From positions 1-51,726 of the forward strand of contig JBOFET010000537.1 of assembly GCA_051648225.1 (NCBI GenBank): 51,726 nt of DNA, read 5' to 3'. The translations under genes and the position numbers were made by a program. Origin of the DNA: Luteolibacter sp. (GTDB taxonomy: Bacteria; Verrucomicrobiota; Verrucomicrobiia; Verrucomicrobiales; Akkermansiaceae). Position 1 is the first letter of the stretch; the number at the start of each line of letters is the position of its first letter. Positions 1 to 11,062 of the stretch are shown piece after piece. The notes under the pieces were generated by a model. That model was not told where the DNA came from. It ran no database searches and worked only from the letters and a program-made list of their open reading frames with translations.

Positions 1-1
1 C

Positions 2-826
2 GCCGAGGCATTCCCCGCGCTGATCTACACGGTCCTCTGCTTGGGCCTGCCGGAAAGCCCGCGCTGGCTCATCAGCCAAGCGGGAAACCGGCTGAAGGGA
101 ATCGAAGTGCTCCGTCTCGTCCGTCCGGGCAGCTCCGAAGCGGAAATCACGGCGGAGGCGGACAGCATCGCGCAAGGGTCGACGGACACCGGCGGCAGCA
201 CGCGCTTCTGGACCCGGAATCTCCGGATTCCCATTCTGCTCGCGTTCCTCATCGCCTTCTTCAACCAGCTCTCCGGCATCAATGCGGTGCTCTACTTCGC
301 ACCCCGGATTTTCGAAATGACGGGCATGGGCGAAAAGGCGGCGCTGCTTCAATCGATCGGCATCGGCGTCACCAATCTGATCTTCACCTTTGTCGGACTG
401 GCACTCATCGACCGGCTAGGGCGGCGCACCTTGCTCTACATCGGTTCGTTCGGTTATATCCTTTCGTTAGGTCTCACTGCGTGGGCGTTCCAGAACCAAC
501 ATTTCAGCATCGTGCCCGCCTGCATCTTCGCTTTCATCGCGGCCCACGCCATCGGGCAAGGTGCGGTGATCTGGGTCTTCATCTCGGAAATCTTTCCGAA
601 CCGGCAGCGAGCCGGCGGGCAGACACTCGGCAGTTTCACCCACTGGATTTTCGCCGCGCTGCTGACGACGTTTTTTCCAAAGATGGTCACGGCCTTCGCC
701 CCCGGTCAGGTCTTCTGGTTTTTCTGCGGGATGATGGTGCTGCAACTCGTCTGGATCAAACTGATGGTGCCGGAGACCAAAGGGGTGCCGCTGGAGGACA
801 TGCAACGGAAGCTTGGCATCCGCTGA
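2..826 (+). CDS. Sugar porter family MFS transporter (5' truncated by window)
   Basis: PESPRWL, FNQLSGINAVLYFAP, IDRLGRR and VPETKG sugar-porter motifs; frame open from position 2. Confidence 0.92.
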   Translation, partial: AEAFPALIYTVLCLGLPESPRWLISQAGNRLKGIEVLRLVRPGSSEAEITAEADSIAQGSTDTGGSTRFWTRNLRIPILLAFLIAFFNQLSGINAVLYFAPRIFEMTGMGEKAALLQSIGIGVTNLIFTFVGLALIDRLGRRTLLYIGSFGYILSLGLTAWAFQNQHFSIVPACIFAFIAAHAIGQGAVIWVFISEIFPNRQRAGGQTLGSFTHWIFAALLTTFFPKMVTAFAPGQVFWFFCGMMVLQLVWIKLMVPETKGVPLEDMQRKLGIR

Positions 827-843
827 TCCAACCATCGTTAGCC

Positions 844-2469
844 TCAGAGACTCAGGCGCTGGTCATCTTCGAGCAACTGCTTCCGAAGATCGTCGTAGGG
901 CACATCCTGCACGGCGACGCCACGATCCAGTGCTATGTCCGCCGCAGTGGCGGCGCTCTGCGAGAGAATCATGAAGACCGGCTCCATACGGATGGACCCG
1001 AAAGCCATGTGGCTGGCGGAGAGACTCCACGGCACGAGCAGGTTTTCGCACTCCCCTCTTTTCGGAACGATGGCGCGGTAGGAAACCGGATAGGGGCCGG
1101 GGATGCCGACTTGCACGTCACCCTCGTTCTTGACCATGCCGTTTTGGACAAGCCGCTGGACCGGGTGGGAATCCATGGTGTAGGCGGCAAGGCCGATGGA
1201 TTCCGGCACCGGCTGCTTGCGCGTGCAGTGGTGCTCCGTCATGACGAAATCGGAGACCATGCGGCGGCCTTCGCGGACGTAGAGTTGGTGCGGCCAATGG
1301 TTGTTATCGGTGAACTCGTCCTTGGGCAGGCCCCATTTCGAATACTGTTTGCGGATGTTCTCCGGGACGCGCGGGTGGTTCTGGAGCGTCCACAGCAGCC
1401 CGCGTTGCCAATGCTCGTGTTGTTTGGCGAGGGCGAGACGCTCGTCGTGGTTGAGCGTGGTCCAGTTCCAGTCCTTGCCATGATTGGCACCGATGGAATT
1501 GTTCGAGATGCCGCTGTCGTTGTTGGAATCCGACTTGCGGTTCGGCATGAGGGTGAACTTGGTGAATTTGTTAGCCTGCCCCGCCGCGATGGCGCGGAAG
1601 AGGATTTCGTAGTTGGCCTCGTCGTAGCTCTCGGGTTTTTCGATGGTCACGCGGTTTGCGGGCACATCGGTGAGACACATGCGGAAGCAAAAGGCCTGCA
1701 GGCGCTTGTCTCCCTCGCCATCCTCGCCGCCAGCGTCCGGGTTCACGCCGGGAAGAAGACCGCTGTTAGGATCGCCGGGCTTGATATAAGGGTCGATTCC
1801 ATCGGGCAGTTGGTTTTTCACCGCGCGCTTGGTCTGGATGCCGTTGATGGTCTCCTTGTAGGTGGCGTTCGCTTCGCGGCCGACGGTGAAACTCACGCCC
1901 GCACCGGGGAGCAGGTCGCCTTCGTAGGTGGCGTCGATGAACATTTTCCCGGCAAATTCGCGGCCGTCCCCGGTGCGGATTTTCTGGATGCGCTTGCCGT
2001 CCATGACCACGCCGTTTTTCAGGTCGAGCCGGGCGGTGACGACGGTGACGCCGTGTTCCTTGAGCATGTCATTGAAGACGGCGGTGGTGACGGAAGGTTC
2101 AAAAACGGAGGCAAGCTGCGTTTTCGGGTTCAAGGCGGGAACACCTTGCCCCTGGTTGCCGAATTTCGCACGCTCTTCCCATTTCCACGCATCGGGCTTC
2201 TGATAGTGCTCATAGACGCGGGTGTAGAATTCACGGCTGAGCCCACCCAGAATGGCATCACTGCCAAGGTCGGTCCAACCGAGAGCACTGGTGGTGAGGC
2301 CACCGAGGTAAGCTGTGGGCGAAACCCGGACGACCGAGCGCTCCGATTTGGCGGCTTGGATGGCGGCGATGATTCCGCCGGACGTGCCGCCATAGACGAC
2401 GATGTCATGTTGTTTTTCAGCGGCGCAAAGCGGCAGGGCGAGCGCTAGGGAGAGCAGGAGTTTCTTCAT
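844..2469 (-). CDS. Secreted FAD-dependent oxidoreductase
   Basis: Signal peptide, then DIVVYGGTSGG Rossmann motif; FIDATYEGDL, LYVREGRR, SASHMAFGSIRMEP. Confidence 0.85.
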   Translation of the reverse strand: MKKLLLSLALALPLCAAEKQHDIVVYGGTSGGIIAAIQAAKSERSVVRVSPTAYLGGLTTSALGWTDLGSDAILGGLSREFYTRVYEHYQKPDAWKWEERAKFGNQGQGVPALNPKTQLASVFEPSVTTAVFNDMLKEHGVTVVTARLDLKNGVVMDGKRIQKIRTGDGREFAGKMFIDATYEGDLLPGAGVSFTVGREANATYKETINGIQTKRAVKNQLPDGIDPYIKPGDPNSGLLPGVNPDAGGEDGEGDKRLQAFCFRMCLTDVPANRVTIEKPESYDEANYEILFRAIAAGQANKFTKFTLMPNRKSDSNNDSGISNNSIGANHGKDWNWTTLNHDERLALAKQHEHWQRGLLWTLQNHPRVPENIRKQYSKWGLPKDEFTDNNHWPHQLYVREGRRMVSDFVMTEHHCTRKQPVPESIGLAAYTMDSHPVQRLVQNGMVKNEGDVQVGIPGPYPVSYRAIVPKRGECENLLVPWSLSASHMAFGSIRMEPVFMILSQSAATAADIALDRGVAVQDVPYDDLRKQLLEDDQRLSL

Positions 2470-2625
2470 GAGTTTGGATCCGGGTGATGGTGGCTTTCCC
2501 GACGGGATAGAGCGTTTTTTTGAAGATAATCAGGAAGTTCGGTTTCTCCAGAGCTTCGCCGCCGCTTGGAATGCGAGGCGGGTGAAACCAAGGGTTGCGC
2601 ACAATCGGACCATTTTGATTTCCTG

Positions 2626-4815
2626 TTATTTTAGCGATGTGGGTTCGACCATCAGGCTGGATGGCGGAGGGTTGTCGATTCCCAGTTTGCGATTCGGGGT
2701 GTCACTCATTTCCAACTCCAGGTGGCCGCCGTTGACAAGATCCGAGTGGAGGAACCACAGGCGGTCAAAGGCCTTTCCGTTGAGGTTCACGGACTGGATG
2801 TATTTGTTTACCCTGGAGTTGTTAGTCGTGCTGAGGCGGAAGGTCTTGCCGTTGTCGAGCTTGATGGAAACATCGTCGAAGACCGGACTGCCCAAGGTGT
2901 AAACCGGGACGCCGGGGGTGACCGGATAGAAGCCCATCATCGAGAAGACCACCCAGGAGGTCATGCCGCCGCCGTCCTCGTCGCCGGGGATGCCGTGGAC
3001 GTTGTCTGGGAAAAAGGTTTCCAGGAGGGTGCGGAGGATTTTCTGGGATTTCCATGGCGCGCCGACGTGGTTGTAAAGGTAGGGCGTGCTGAAGCTCGGT
3101 TCGTTGGCCATGACGAACTGGCCGACGAGTGCGGTGGAGTCGGGGAACTTGGCCCAGAATTCAAATTTCGGGCGCGAGATCTGTTTGATGAAAAGTTCGT
3201 CGAGCTTCTTCTCGGCTGCTTTGGGTCCACCCATCAGGTCGATGAGACCATGGAAGTCGTGGAGCACGTCCCAGTTATAGGTATAAGCGTTGTTCTCCGC
3301 GAAGTAGGCGCGTCCTCCTTGGCCGCCGCTCCACTCGGGATCGAAGTCCTTGAACCAGTTACCGTCCTTGTCCTTGGGCCAGACGAAGCCTTTCTCCGTG
3401 TTGTAGACGTTCTTGTAGAAGGCGGCGCGGTCAAGGAAGAGCTTGGTGTCCTCGGGCCTGTCGAGGGCCTTGGCGAGTTGGGCGATGCACCAGTCGTCGT
3501 AGGCATTGCCGAGGGTGACGGCGACGGACTGGCGGTTCTCGAAGGAATGGACGAGCGGCTCGGTTTCCTTTTCACCCTCGGCAAGCGACGGGAAGTAGCC
3601 TTTCTCGTTATAGAAATCATCGAGCGCGCACTTCGGCCCGTTGCGCCATGGCAGTAGGGTGGCTTCTAACGAGTTTTTCCGCAGGCCTTCATAAGCTTTC
3701 GGCAGGTTGAAATCGCGGATGCCCTTGTGCCATGCATCGGCGAACCAGGCGGCGGCGTGGTTGCCATTCATGCAGGGATTGTCGCCCCAGAGGATGGAGA
3801 ACGAGGGCATCCAGCCGCTTTGTTCATACATGCGGACGTAGGACTGGATCTGGTCGGCCTCTTTTTTCGGGTTGAGAATCGAGTGCAGCGGCTGGAGCGA
3901 GCGGAAGTTGTCCCAAATCCAGTTGTCTATGTAGAACGGACGCTCGTCTTGATGCACCTTGTGATCGTAGGCGCTGTAGTATCGACCGTCCTCGGTGATG
4001 TTGACCATGCGCTCGTAGGAGCGGTAGAGCGAGGTGTAGAAAACGCGCTTCTGGGCATCGGTGCCGCCTTGGATGGCGATTTGGCCGAGCACATCATTCC
4101 AGCGGGCTTTCCCGGCGTTTTTCACCGCCTCGAAGTCCCAGGCGGGGATTTGCCGGGTGAGGTTTTTCTTCGCCTGTTCGACGCTGATGAAGGAGAGGCC
4201 GTAGCGGAAATCGAGGGCGCCGGTGGCTGCGGTGGCCTTGAGTTTCATCATGTCTCCCGGAGTAACGGTGGCTTCCACGGGTTGGCTGAACTCGCCGTAG
4301 ATGTAGGCCTTCATGCCGTGAAATCGTTCTTCGCCGGAGACAGCGGAAGGTCCCTCGAACTTGAGGGTTCCGGGCAGGATGTTCTTCAGGTGAAGCGTGG
4401 CCTTGTCCTCGGGAAAGGTGAATCGATAGAAGCCGGCGCGCTCGGTGGCGGTGAACTCGGTGCGGATGCCTGAATCGATGAAGAGGGTCGAGTAGTAGTA
4501 AGGAGTCGTGGTTTCCTGATCCCAGAACTGGGGATCGCTCGTGCCACCGGGCATGATGGAAAACAACTCGCCGTGGCGGTGGGAAACGATGGAGAGCGGA
4601 AACGAGCTGATCTTGAGATCGACCTGGTCTTTCCGGACCGGATAGACGCGGACCATGCTGTTCGGCAAGTGGACGAGCGGCCGGGTGGGCACCAACATCA
4701 GTGCGACACCACCGATCGTCGGGTCCACGTGTTCGACTTGGGCGTGGAGCGGCGAAATGAGGAGCGATAGCGCGGCGGCGGCGGACTTGAGCGGGGTCGG
4801 GCGGAGACGTTTCAT
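2626..4815 (-). CDS. GH92 alpha-mannosidase
   Basis: Signal peptide; VDPTIG, WDNFRS, ENNAYTYNW, NEPSF, PGDEDGGGMTSW GH92 motifs. Confidence 0.92.
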   Translation of the reverse strand: MKRLRPTPLKSAAAALSLLISPLHAQVEHVDPTIGGVALMLVPTRPLVHLPNSMVRVYPVRKDQVDLKISSFPLSIVSHRHGELFSIMPGGTSDPQFWDQETTTPYYYSTLFIDSGIRTEFTATERAGFYRFTFPEDKATLHLKNILPGTLKFEGPSAVSGEERFHGMKAYIYGEFSQPVEATVTPGDMMKLKATAATGALDFRYGLSFISVEQAKKNLTRQIPAWDFEAVKNAGKARWNDVLGQIAIQGGTDAQKRVFYTSLYRSYERMVNITEDGRYYSAYDHKVHQDERPFYIDNWIWDNFRSLQPLHSILNPKKEADQIQSYVRMYEQSGWMPSFSILWGDNPCMNGNHAAAWFADAWHKGIRDFNLPKAYEGLRKNSLEATLLPWRNGPKCALDDFYNEKGYFPSLAEGEKETEPLVHSFENRQSVAVTLGNAYDDWCIAQLAKALDRPEDTKLFLDRAAFYKNVYNTEKGFVWPKDKDGNWFKDFDPEWSGGQGGRAYFAENNAYTYNWDVLHDFHGLIDLMGGPKAAEKKLDELFIKQISRPKFEFWAKFPDSTALVGQFVMANEPSFSTPYLYNHVGAPWKSQKILRTLLETFFPDNVHGIPGDEDGGGMTSWVVFSMMGFYPVTPGVPVYTLGSPVFDDVSIKLDNGKTFRLSTTNNSRVNKYIQSVNLNGKAFDRLWFLHSDLVNGGHLELEMSDTPNRKLGIDNPPPSSLMVEPTSLK

Positions 4816-4843
4816 TTTGGGATAGGTTGGCTCGGAGGTCGGA

Positions 4844-5950
4844 CTATTGAGAGCCTAACTTCTGGAGCGCGAATGCATACGCACCAATGGCGACGGCCTC
4901 GCTGGTACCAAGGCGGGACATGCCGACGCCCACGCGCTGGAGCGGGTCATAGGCGAGGGTGCGGTCGCTACCGGGGACTTGGATGCTGCGGGTTTCGCCT
5001 TTCAGGAAAACAGCAAGTTGGTCGGAGTCTTCGAGATTGAAGGCGGTGGAGGCGAGACGGCGGAAATGATTGCCGCCGGGGCCGATGTAGGTGCTGTTGA
5101 GTTCATCGACGAGGGCCGGTAGGAAGAGCGGCCAAGCACCGGAAACGCCGCCGCCGATCACGGCGAGGCCGTCGATGAGGGTGAGCGCGCTACCGAGGGC
5201 GTCACCGGCGGATTCGCCGAGGCGGCGGAAGGCTTCCAAGGCGGCGGCTTGGTTTCCCGCTTGCTTGCCTTTGGCGATTTCAAAAAGCTCCTTGGGCTCG
5301 GGGACTTGATCTAACAGCGTTCCGGACAACTCCGCATAGACCCGGCGCACGGCGCGGATGCAGGAACCCTCCTCGGCGTTCATGGCGGGGTGGAATTTAT
5401 TGCGAAGCAGCCAGACTTCGCCCGCCATCGAGTTGTCACCGATGAAGAGCTCGCCATTGCGGACGATCCCGCCGCCGAAACCGGTGCCGAGGGTGATGCC
5501 GAAGAGGTTCCGGTAGCGTTTCGGGCTGCCGGCTCTTTCCAGCAATCCATTGACGTGGGGAAGCAGTCCGCCGATCGCCTCGCCATAGACGAAGAGGTCG
5601 CCGTCGTTGTTGATGAAAACGGGAATATCGAATTTTTCCTCAAGCATCGGCCCGAGGGCAACGCCGCCGCGGAAACCGGGAAGGTTACCGAGGTCGCCGA
5701 TGATGCCGTTAGGATAGTCGGCGGGGCCGGGGAAAGCGAAGCTGATGGCGGACGGAGGCTCCGGGCACAGGGCTTTCACTTGGGTGAAGCCATCGACGAT
5801 GTTGGCGAGACATGTGGCGAGGTCGTCGCCATGGGTTGGCAGGGAGACTGTATCGGTGACGGGTTTGCCACCGCGCATGGCGGCGAAGCGGAGGTTCGTG
5901 CCGCCCGCATCGAGCGTCATGACGATTCGGGATTCGGAGGCGAGATTCAT
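4844..5950 (-). CDS. ROK family sugar kinase
   Basis: TLDAGGTN, FINNDGD, TLGTGFGGG, AGE motifs; no HTH. Confidence 0.9.
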   Translation of the reverse strand: MNLASESRIVMTLDAGGTNLRFAAMRGGKPVTDTVSLPTHGDDLATCLANIVDGFTQVKALCPEPPSAISFAFPGPADYPNGIIGDLGNLPGFRGGVALGPMLEEKFDIPVFINNDGDLFVYGEAIGGLLPHVNGLLERAGSPKRYRNLFGITLGTGFGGGIVRNGELFIGDNSMAGEVWLLRNKFHPAMNAEEGSCIRAVRRVYAELSGTLLDQVPEPKELFEIAKGKQAGNQAAALEAFRRLGESAGDALGSALTLIDGLAVIGGGVSGAWPLFLPALVDELNSTYIGPGGNHFRRLASTAFNLEDSDQLAVFLKGETRSIQVPGSDRTLAYDPLQRVGVGMSRLGTSEAVAIGAYAFALQKLGSQ

Positions 5951-5963
5951 GGGTTTGGATTTT

Positions 5964-7112
5964 TCAAACTACGGTGGTTTTTTTACCGCTCTTGAGCGAG
6001 AGCAGAAGAAGATAGGCGAAGCAGACGGCAGGCACAATGAAGGAGAAGGTCGTCATGCCGCCGTCGCGGAGCTTGCCCATTAGCAGCGGGACGATGGCCC
6101 CACCGGAGATGGCCATGCACATCAGGCCACTAAGTTCGCTGGCAGCTTCGGGTTTTTCCTCCACGGTGATCGAGAAAAGCATCGGCCAGATGTTGGCGAA
6201 ACCGAAGGCACCCAGCACTACGCCGACAAGCGCGAGTGTCTGGCTTCCGGACATCACGAGGCCCACACCGATCAATCCGAGCAAAGCGGAAATGCGGAAG
6301 AAGACGTGCGGATTGACTTTCACCACCCCTGCGACGAGGCGGCCGATGGTGATGCAGCCGAAAAACAGGGATGGCCCTAACAACGCGGATTTTTCGGCAG
6401 ACAAGCCGAGACCGGCGAGAGTGGGCTTGAGGAAGGTGCCCATGCAGACCTCCGCGCCGACATAGACGAAGATGCCAAGCACGGCGAGGGCGAAGGCGGG
6501 ATTCTTCAGCAAGGCCAGCGAACTGCCGATGCTCGGCGGGACATCGGCGCGGGTCTCGTCCACTTGCATGAAAAGCACGAGCACGAAGGCGATGGCCATG
6601 AGCGCGAAGAAGATTGGAAACGCGCCACGCCAGCCCATTGCTGCTAGAAATCCGATAACGCCTACGACCGACGGCAGAAACGCCGAACCTGCACTGCCAA
6701 TGCCCTTAAAGCCTTGGGCGAGGGCCAAATTCCGGCTGTAGTCCCCTTCCGCGCTGACGTCCCGCATGATCGGGTTTCCGGCGACCTGGAGAAACGTGGT
6801 GCCAATGCCTAAAACGAAGATGCAGCCGAGCAAAAGCGGATAGGTCGGGTTCATCAATGCCGGCACGCCGACGGCAAGGGTCGTCAGTCCCAGGCCCAGC
6901 AGAAGCACTTTCTTTTTTCCGATCCGCGCCGCCAGCACGCCACCGGGCACGCTGAAGATCGCGAAGGCGATGAAGACGAAGAACGGCATCAACGCGGCCA
7001 TGAAGGACGACAGCTGGAACTTGGTTTTCACCGCGTCCGACAAGGGGCCCATGGCGTCGGCAACGCCCATCAGGAGGAATGCCAGGAAGATTGGAAGGGT
7101 TTTGAATTTCAT
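5964..7112 (-). CDS. MFS sugar permease (FucP/GluP-like)
   Basis: About 12 hydrophobic segments; LQVAGNP, YVGAEV, MAISGGAIVP. Confidence 0.88.
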   Translation of the reverse strand: MKFKTLPIFLAFLLMGVADAMGPLSDAVKTKFQLSSFMAALMPFFVFIAFAIFSVPGGVLAARIGKKKVLLLGLGLTTLAVGVPALMNPTYPLLLGCIFVLGIGTTFLQVAGNPIMRDVSAEGDYSRNLALAQGFKGIGSAGSAFLPSVVGVIGFLAAMGWRGAFPIFFALMAIAFVLVLFMQVDETRADVPPSIGSSLALLKNPAFALAVLGIFVYVGAEVCMGTFLKPTLAGLGLSAEKSALLGPSLFFGCITIGRLVAGVVKVNPHVFFRISALLGLIGVGLVMSGSQTLALVGVVLGAFGFANIWPMLFSITVEEKPEAASELSGLMCMAISGGAIVPLLMGKLRDGGMTTFSFIVPAVCFAYLLLLSLKSGKKTTVV

Positions 7113-7127
7113 AAGACAAAGAAACGT

Positions 7128-7146
7128 CGTGAATTATTCTTTCACG
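7128..7146. promoter_or_regulatory. Palindromic operator candidate CGTGAA-N7-TTCACG
   Basis: Perfect 6-bp inverted repeat just upstream of the MFS-ROK-GH92 start codon at 7112. Confidence 0.4.
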
Positions 7147-7568
7147 GCGAAAACTTGCATAGTCCTCATTTTGATGACACGCATCGCCCTATTGACCACC
7201 CGAGGTTTTTCCGGAAATGACTGCGTCAACGCCGGACAGAGCGGTGCCAAGCAGGTGTCTATTTCCGAACCCCTTTGAAAAATAGATCACAAACAGCTTC
7301 TCGGAGGAAGAACTCCTTCGGACACACCATGGGAGCGCGCTCCGTCCCGACTAGCTCGCCCTCCGCTAAGTCACCTCACTGGAGAGTTCACCTACGTCTC
7401 ACTGAACGTTCCAACGCCATTTCCGTCTCGGAGCGCTGTTCCGTTCAGCCTCGGGGAATCCTGCCCCATCCCGGGCAGCTTTCCGGCAAGAACTCGGTGA
7501 GGAATGGAATTGACCATTGTAATGCGGGAGGCTGGATCGATTTCATCCACGAGGCAATCGGATCTTTC

Positions 7569-9104
7569 TCACGAAAACAGCTTGCGGTCCAGCGAGCGGA
7601 ATTGGATGGCTTCCAGAATATCGTTAGGCCGGATCTCCATCGAGCCCGCCAGGTCCGCCAGAGTCCGGGCGACTTTCAGGATCCGGTCATGGGCCCGGGC
7701 GGAGAAATTCATTTCCTCCATCGCGTGTTCGAGGTAGCCCGTGCTTTCCGCATTGAGCTGGCAGTGCTGGCGGACCTGCCGCGAGCCCATCGACGAGTTA
7801 GTGGAGTTGGACGATTTCTTGAACCGCTCCAGCTGGATGCCCCGCGCGGCGACGACGCGCTGGCGGATGGTTGCCGACGATTCGCCGGTATTCGTATTGG
7901 AGGACAGTTCACGGAAATCCACCAGAGGCACTTCGCAATGGATGTCGATCCGATCTAGCAGTGGTCCGCTGATGCGTTGGCGGTAGTTTTCGATTTGCCT
8001 CACGGAGCAGCGGCACTGGCGTTTTGGGTCCGAATAGTAGCCGCAAGGGCAGGGATTCATCGCCGCCACCAGCATGAAGCTTGCCGGAAACGTGAGCGAA
8101 CCGGCGGCGCGGGAAATCGTCACCACCCGGTCTTCCAGCGGCTGCCTTAAAACCTCCAGCGTCTGCCGCCGGAACTCGGGCAGCTCATCGAGGAAAAGCA
8201 CACCGTGGTGGGCGAGCGATACTTCGCCCGGTCCGGGATTGGTGCCGCCACCGAGCAGGCCCGCATCTGAAATGGTGTGGTGGGGCGAGCGAAACGGACG
8301 GGTCGTTAGAAAAGCTCCCTTCGAATCCAACAAACCGGTCACCGAGTGGATCTTTGTCGTTTCGATGGCATCCTCCTCCGTCATGTCCGGCATGATCGAT
8401 GCCATGCGCTTTGCCAGCATCGATTTCCCGGTTCCAGGCGGACCAACCATCAGTAAATTATGATTTCCCGCTGCCGCCACCTCAAGCGCCCGCTTCACTT
8501 GATACTGGCCTTTCACCTCGTCGAAATCCACGTCATACGACCGGTGGGAGTTGAAAAATGCCTTCCGGTCGAGTCGGAACGGCGGGATGATGATGTCTTC
8601 GTTGAGAAAATCCCACGCCTGTTTCAGATTGCGAATGGGGAATACTTGGATGCCCTCGATCACCGCCGCTTCCGGGGCGTTCGCCTCGGGCACAAACAAG
8701 CGGGTCCGTCCCCGGCTCTTCGCCTCGAGTGCGATGGATAGAACGCCTTTCACGGGCCGCACCGTGCCATCCAGTCCCAGTTCGCCGACCACGCAACAGT
8801 CCTCTGCATTGAATGGTTTGGTGCCACTCGCTGCGATCATCGCCAGTGCGATGGGCAGGTCGAACGATGGGCCTTCCTTTTTCAAATCCGCCGGTGCCAG
8901 ATTCACCGTCTTGATCCCGTCGTCCAGATAGAGTGCAGACGCGCCGATGGCGGAAATCACCCGTTGTGACGACTCCCGCACCGCAGCATCCGGCAGACCG
9001 ACGATGATGACCACCGGCTTGTCAGCGCCGCGGGCGTTGACCTCGACCTCGACTTCCTGGGCATCGACCCCGCGCAAGGCGGCTGAAAACAATCGGGTGA
9101 TCAT
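7569..9104 (-). CDS. comM: YifB/ComM Mg-chelatase-like AAA+ ATPase
   Basis: [54 protein letters not shown]; start at [10 protein letters not shown]. Confidence 0.93.
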   Translation of the reverse strand: MITRLFSAALRGVDAQEVEVEVNARGADKPVVIIVGLPDAAVRESSQRVISAIGASALYLDDGIKTVNLAPADLKKEGPSFDLPIALAMIAASGTKPFNAEDCCVVGELGLDGTVRPVKGVLSIALEAKSRGRTRLFVPEANAPEAAVIEGIQVFPIRNLKQAWDFLNEDIIIPPFRLDRKAFFNSHRSYDVDFDEVKGQYQVKRALEVAAAGNHNLLMVGPPGTGKSMLAKRMASIMPDMTEEDAIETTKIHSVTGLLDSKGAFLTTRPFRSPHHTISDAGLLGGGTNPGPGEVSLAHHGVLFLDELPEFRRQTLEVLRQPLEDRVVTISRAAGSLTFPASFMLVAAMNPCPCGYYSDPKRQCRCSVRQIENYRQRISGPLLDRIDIHCEVPLVDFRELSSNTNTGESSATIRQRVVAARGIQLERFKKSSNSTNSSMGSRQVRQHCQLNAESTGYLEHAMEEMNFSARAHDRILKVARTLADLAGSMEIRPNDILEAIQFRSLDRKLFS

Positions 9105-9255
9105 ACGAACAGCGAGACCCTGTGAACTCACTCTGCGGCTGGCAAGCGGAAACGACGGAACTCCCGAAGACACTCCAGTTTTCACGCGAAGAACCGCCAA
9201 GGGCATTTTGAATGCGGAGCTTGACACGTTTCTGGCTCTTCCTTGACTCGGGGGC

Positions 9256-10632
9256 ATGAACTCAGAGGTCTCCCCCGACGGTGAACTGCGCCAAAAAATC
9301 ATCACCGGCCTGGCGGCTGCGGCGGAACTGGAAACCCGCTTCCGGCGGCCACTGGAGCGCTTTCTGGTCGGCCTTTGCGACCGCTCGGACGGGCGGTCTC
9401 AGGAAAGGTCAGTGGAAATCGCAGGGCAGGTTCTAGCGGAATGTTATGTGAAAAATCCATCGCTGCTCGAGCGCTGGCAGGGTCCTGACAATCTCGAGGC
9501 CTTCCTCCGCACCGCTGCCAGAAACCGGCTCAAATCCTGGTGGGCCTCGGCCGAACAAAAACGCACGGACGTGGATACCGAGTCCATCCAGATCGCGAAT
9601 GCCCACGCCCGCCACTCGAACCACCACCCGGACGAACTGCGAATCGCCGAGCGGGCGTTGCTCTCCGGCGTGTCCGCCGCCTTGGACGAGTGTCCGGAAG
9701 GCGTGGTTTTCATGCGTTTGAAGGGTTTGTATGGGGTGGACCAGCGGGCGATTTCCAGCTGTTGGGGACATCATGAGGCGCAGACATCGCGGCGCATCAA
9801 GCAAGCGATGGCGGTCATCAGGGCACAGGCGGTCGAAGCCGCTGCGGGCCAGGATTGTGAGCTTTCTGCGGATCTTCTCCAGCAGACTCTTCAACTGAAC
9901 CCGGGATTGCTTTTAGGGAAGGAGGTGTCCGGGCTAACCGACATCGACCACCTCTTGCTCACCCGTCTAGCAGCGGGGAGTGCGAATCCGCAGGAAAAAG
10001 CGGACGCCGTGCGATTGATGGTTTCCCAGCCTCAGTCGCTCGCATTCTTCGCGCAGATTCTCAACCGTCAGAGTGACCGCGAGGCGTTGGTCGTTAGGGA
10101 TTCCGCGCTTTCGGGGACGGCTGCCCGCTTGGCGGAGTGCGCCCGCCGCTCCTTGGAAATCCTGCAGCCGTCGGAAGCAGCCGGACTGGTGACTCCCACC
10201 ATGGCCGCCCTTTTTGCGGATCTTCTAAAACTCATCCGCGCCGATGGTGGCACCTTGTGGTTGCTTTGCCCCGGCAGCGCGAATTTGGAAGCGGTCTTCA
10301 ATCCCCTGGAACCGGAGATTTCGGGAAAACGACAGCCGCTTGCATCCGGCATCATCAGTCTGGTCCTTGCGACTGGCGAATCGACCTGCGTTTCCTGCGT
10401 GGCGGACCATAACCGGCATTCGCCGAGGATCGACATGGTGCTGGGCAAAACCACCCACTCGATGATTGCAGTGCCCTTCCTTCTCGGGGGATCCGTCCGC
10501 GGTGTGTTGACAGCCGTTCGTTTTAGGGAAAACGAGGGCTTCGGCGAAAGCGAAACCGCCGTGGTCGGACGTTGCGCAGAAATTCTCTCCAAGCTCATGG
10601 TTCAGAATCTGGCCGGAGCAATCATGGAGTGA
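9256..10632 (+). CDS. ECF-like sigma factor fused to C-terminal GAF domain
   Basis: Region-2-like [14 protein letters not shown]; region-4-like [28 protein letters not shown]; GAF-like ADGGTLWLL...HSMIAVPF...GVLTAV. Confidence 0.65.
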   Translation: MNSEVSPDGELRQKIITGLAAAAELETRFRRPLERFLVGLCDRSDGRSQERSVEIAGQVLAECYVKNPSLLERWQGPDNLEAFLRTAARNRLKSWWASAEQKRTDVDTESIQIANAHARHSNHHPDELRIAERALLSGVSAALDECPEGVVFMRLKGLYGVDQRAISSCWGHHEAQTSRRIKQAMAVIRAQAVEAAAGQDCELSADLLQQTLQLNPGLLLGKEVSGLTDIDHLLLTRLAAGSANPQEKADAVRLMVSQPQSLAFFAQILNRQSDREALVVRDSALSGTAARLAECARRSLEILQPSEAAGLVTPTMAALFADLLKLIRADGGTLWLLCPGSANLEAVFNPLEPEISGKRQPLASGIISLVLATGESTCVSCVADHNRHSPRIDMVLGKTTHSMIAVPFLLGGSVRGVLTAVRFRENEGFGESETAVVGRCAEILSKLMVQNLAGAIME

Positions 10633-10702
10633 AGCCGGGTCCAAACTCAGTCGTCGCAAAAAGAATGTTGGAATAACCTTCAATCGCGTTATTCTTAGGA
10701 GC

Positions 10703-11062
10703 GTGATCGTGCTGAAGTCCATCGTCGGTTTGTTTCTGGGACTGGTCCTCCAGTTGTCTCAGGTGCAGCCATGCGTGGCGACGCAGGCCGAGAAGGCTTG
10801 CACGGCAGAGACGAGTTGCTGCGAGGATCTGCGTTCCTGCCCGTGCGCAAGCGAGTCCCGCGGGAATCAAAAACCCAGTCCTCTGCTACCCGCAGGCACC
10901 GATCTGAAGGTGCTAATGTCCAGCCTGCCTGAAGCTCCACGCACCGAAGCGCAGCCTTCTCCAGTGGGTGGGCCTCGGGTCGTCTTGGTTTCTCCGCCAC
11001 GGGTCCAGAGTGGTTATCCAGGAGTGCCGCTGTCGGTGGCCTTTTGCAGTTTTGTCATCTGA
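10703..11062 (+). CDS. Small Cys-rich membrane/exported protein leading the metal efflux operon
   Basis: Hydrophobic N-terminus, C...C...CC...CPC cluster, C-terminal FCSFVI. Confidence 0.6.
   Translation: MIVLKSIVGLFLGLVLQLSQVQPCVATQAEKACTAETSCCEDLRSCPCASESRGNQKPSPLLPAGTDLKVLMSSLPEAPRTEAQPSPVGGPRVVLVSPPRVQSGYPGVPLSVAFCSFVI

Noticed and set aside
481-2448. 655-aa plus-strand ORF
   Set aside because: Antisense shadow of the FAD oxidoreductase in GC-rich DNA; no motifs
7287-7587. AAACAGCTT at 7291 repeating the comM 3' end, as a possible att scar
   Set aside because: Only 9 bp, comM is intact and no integrase is present
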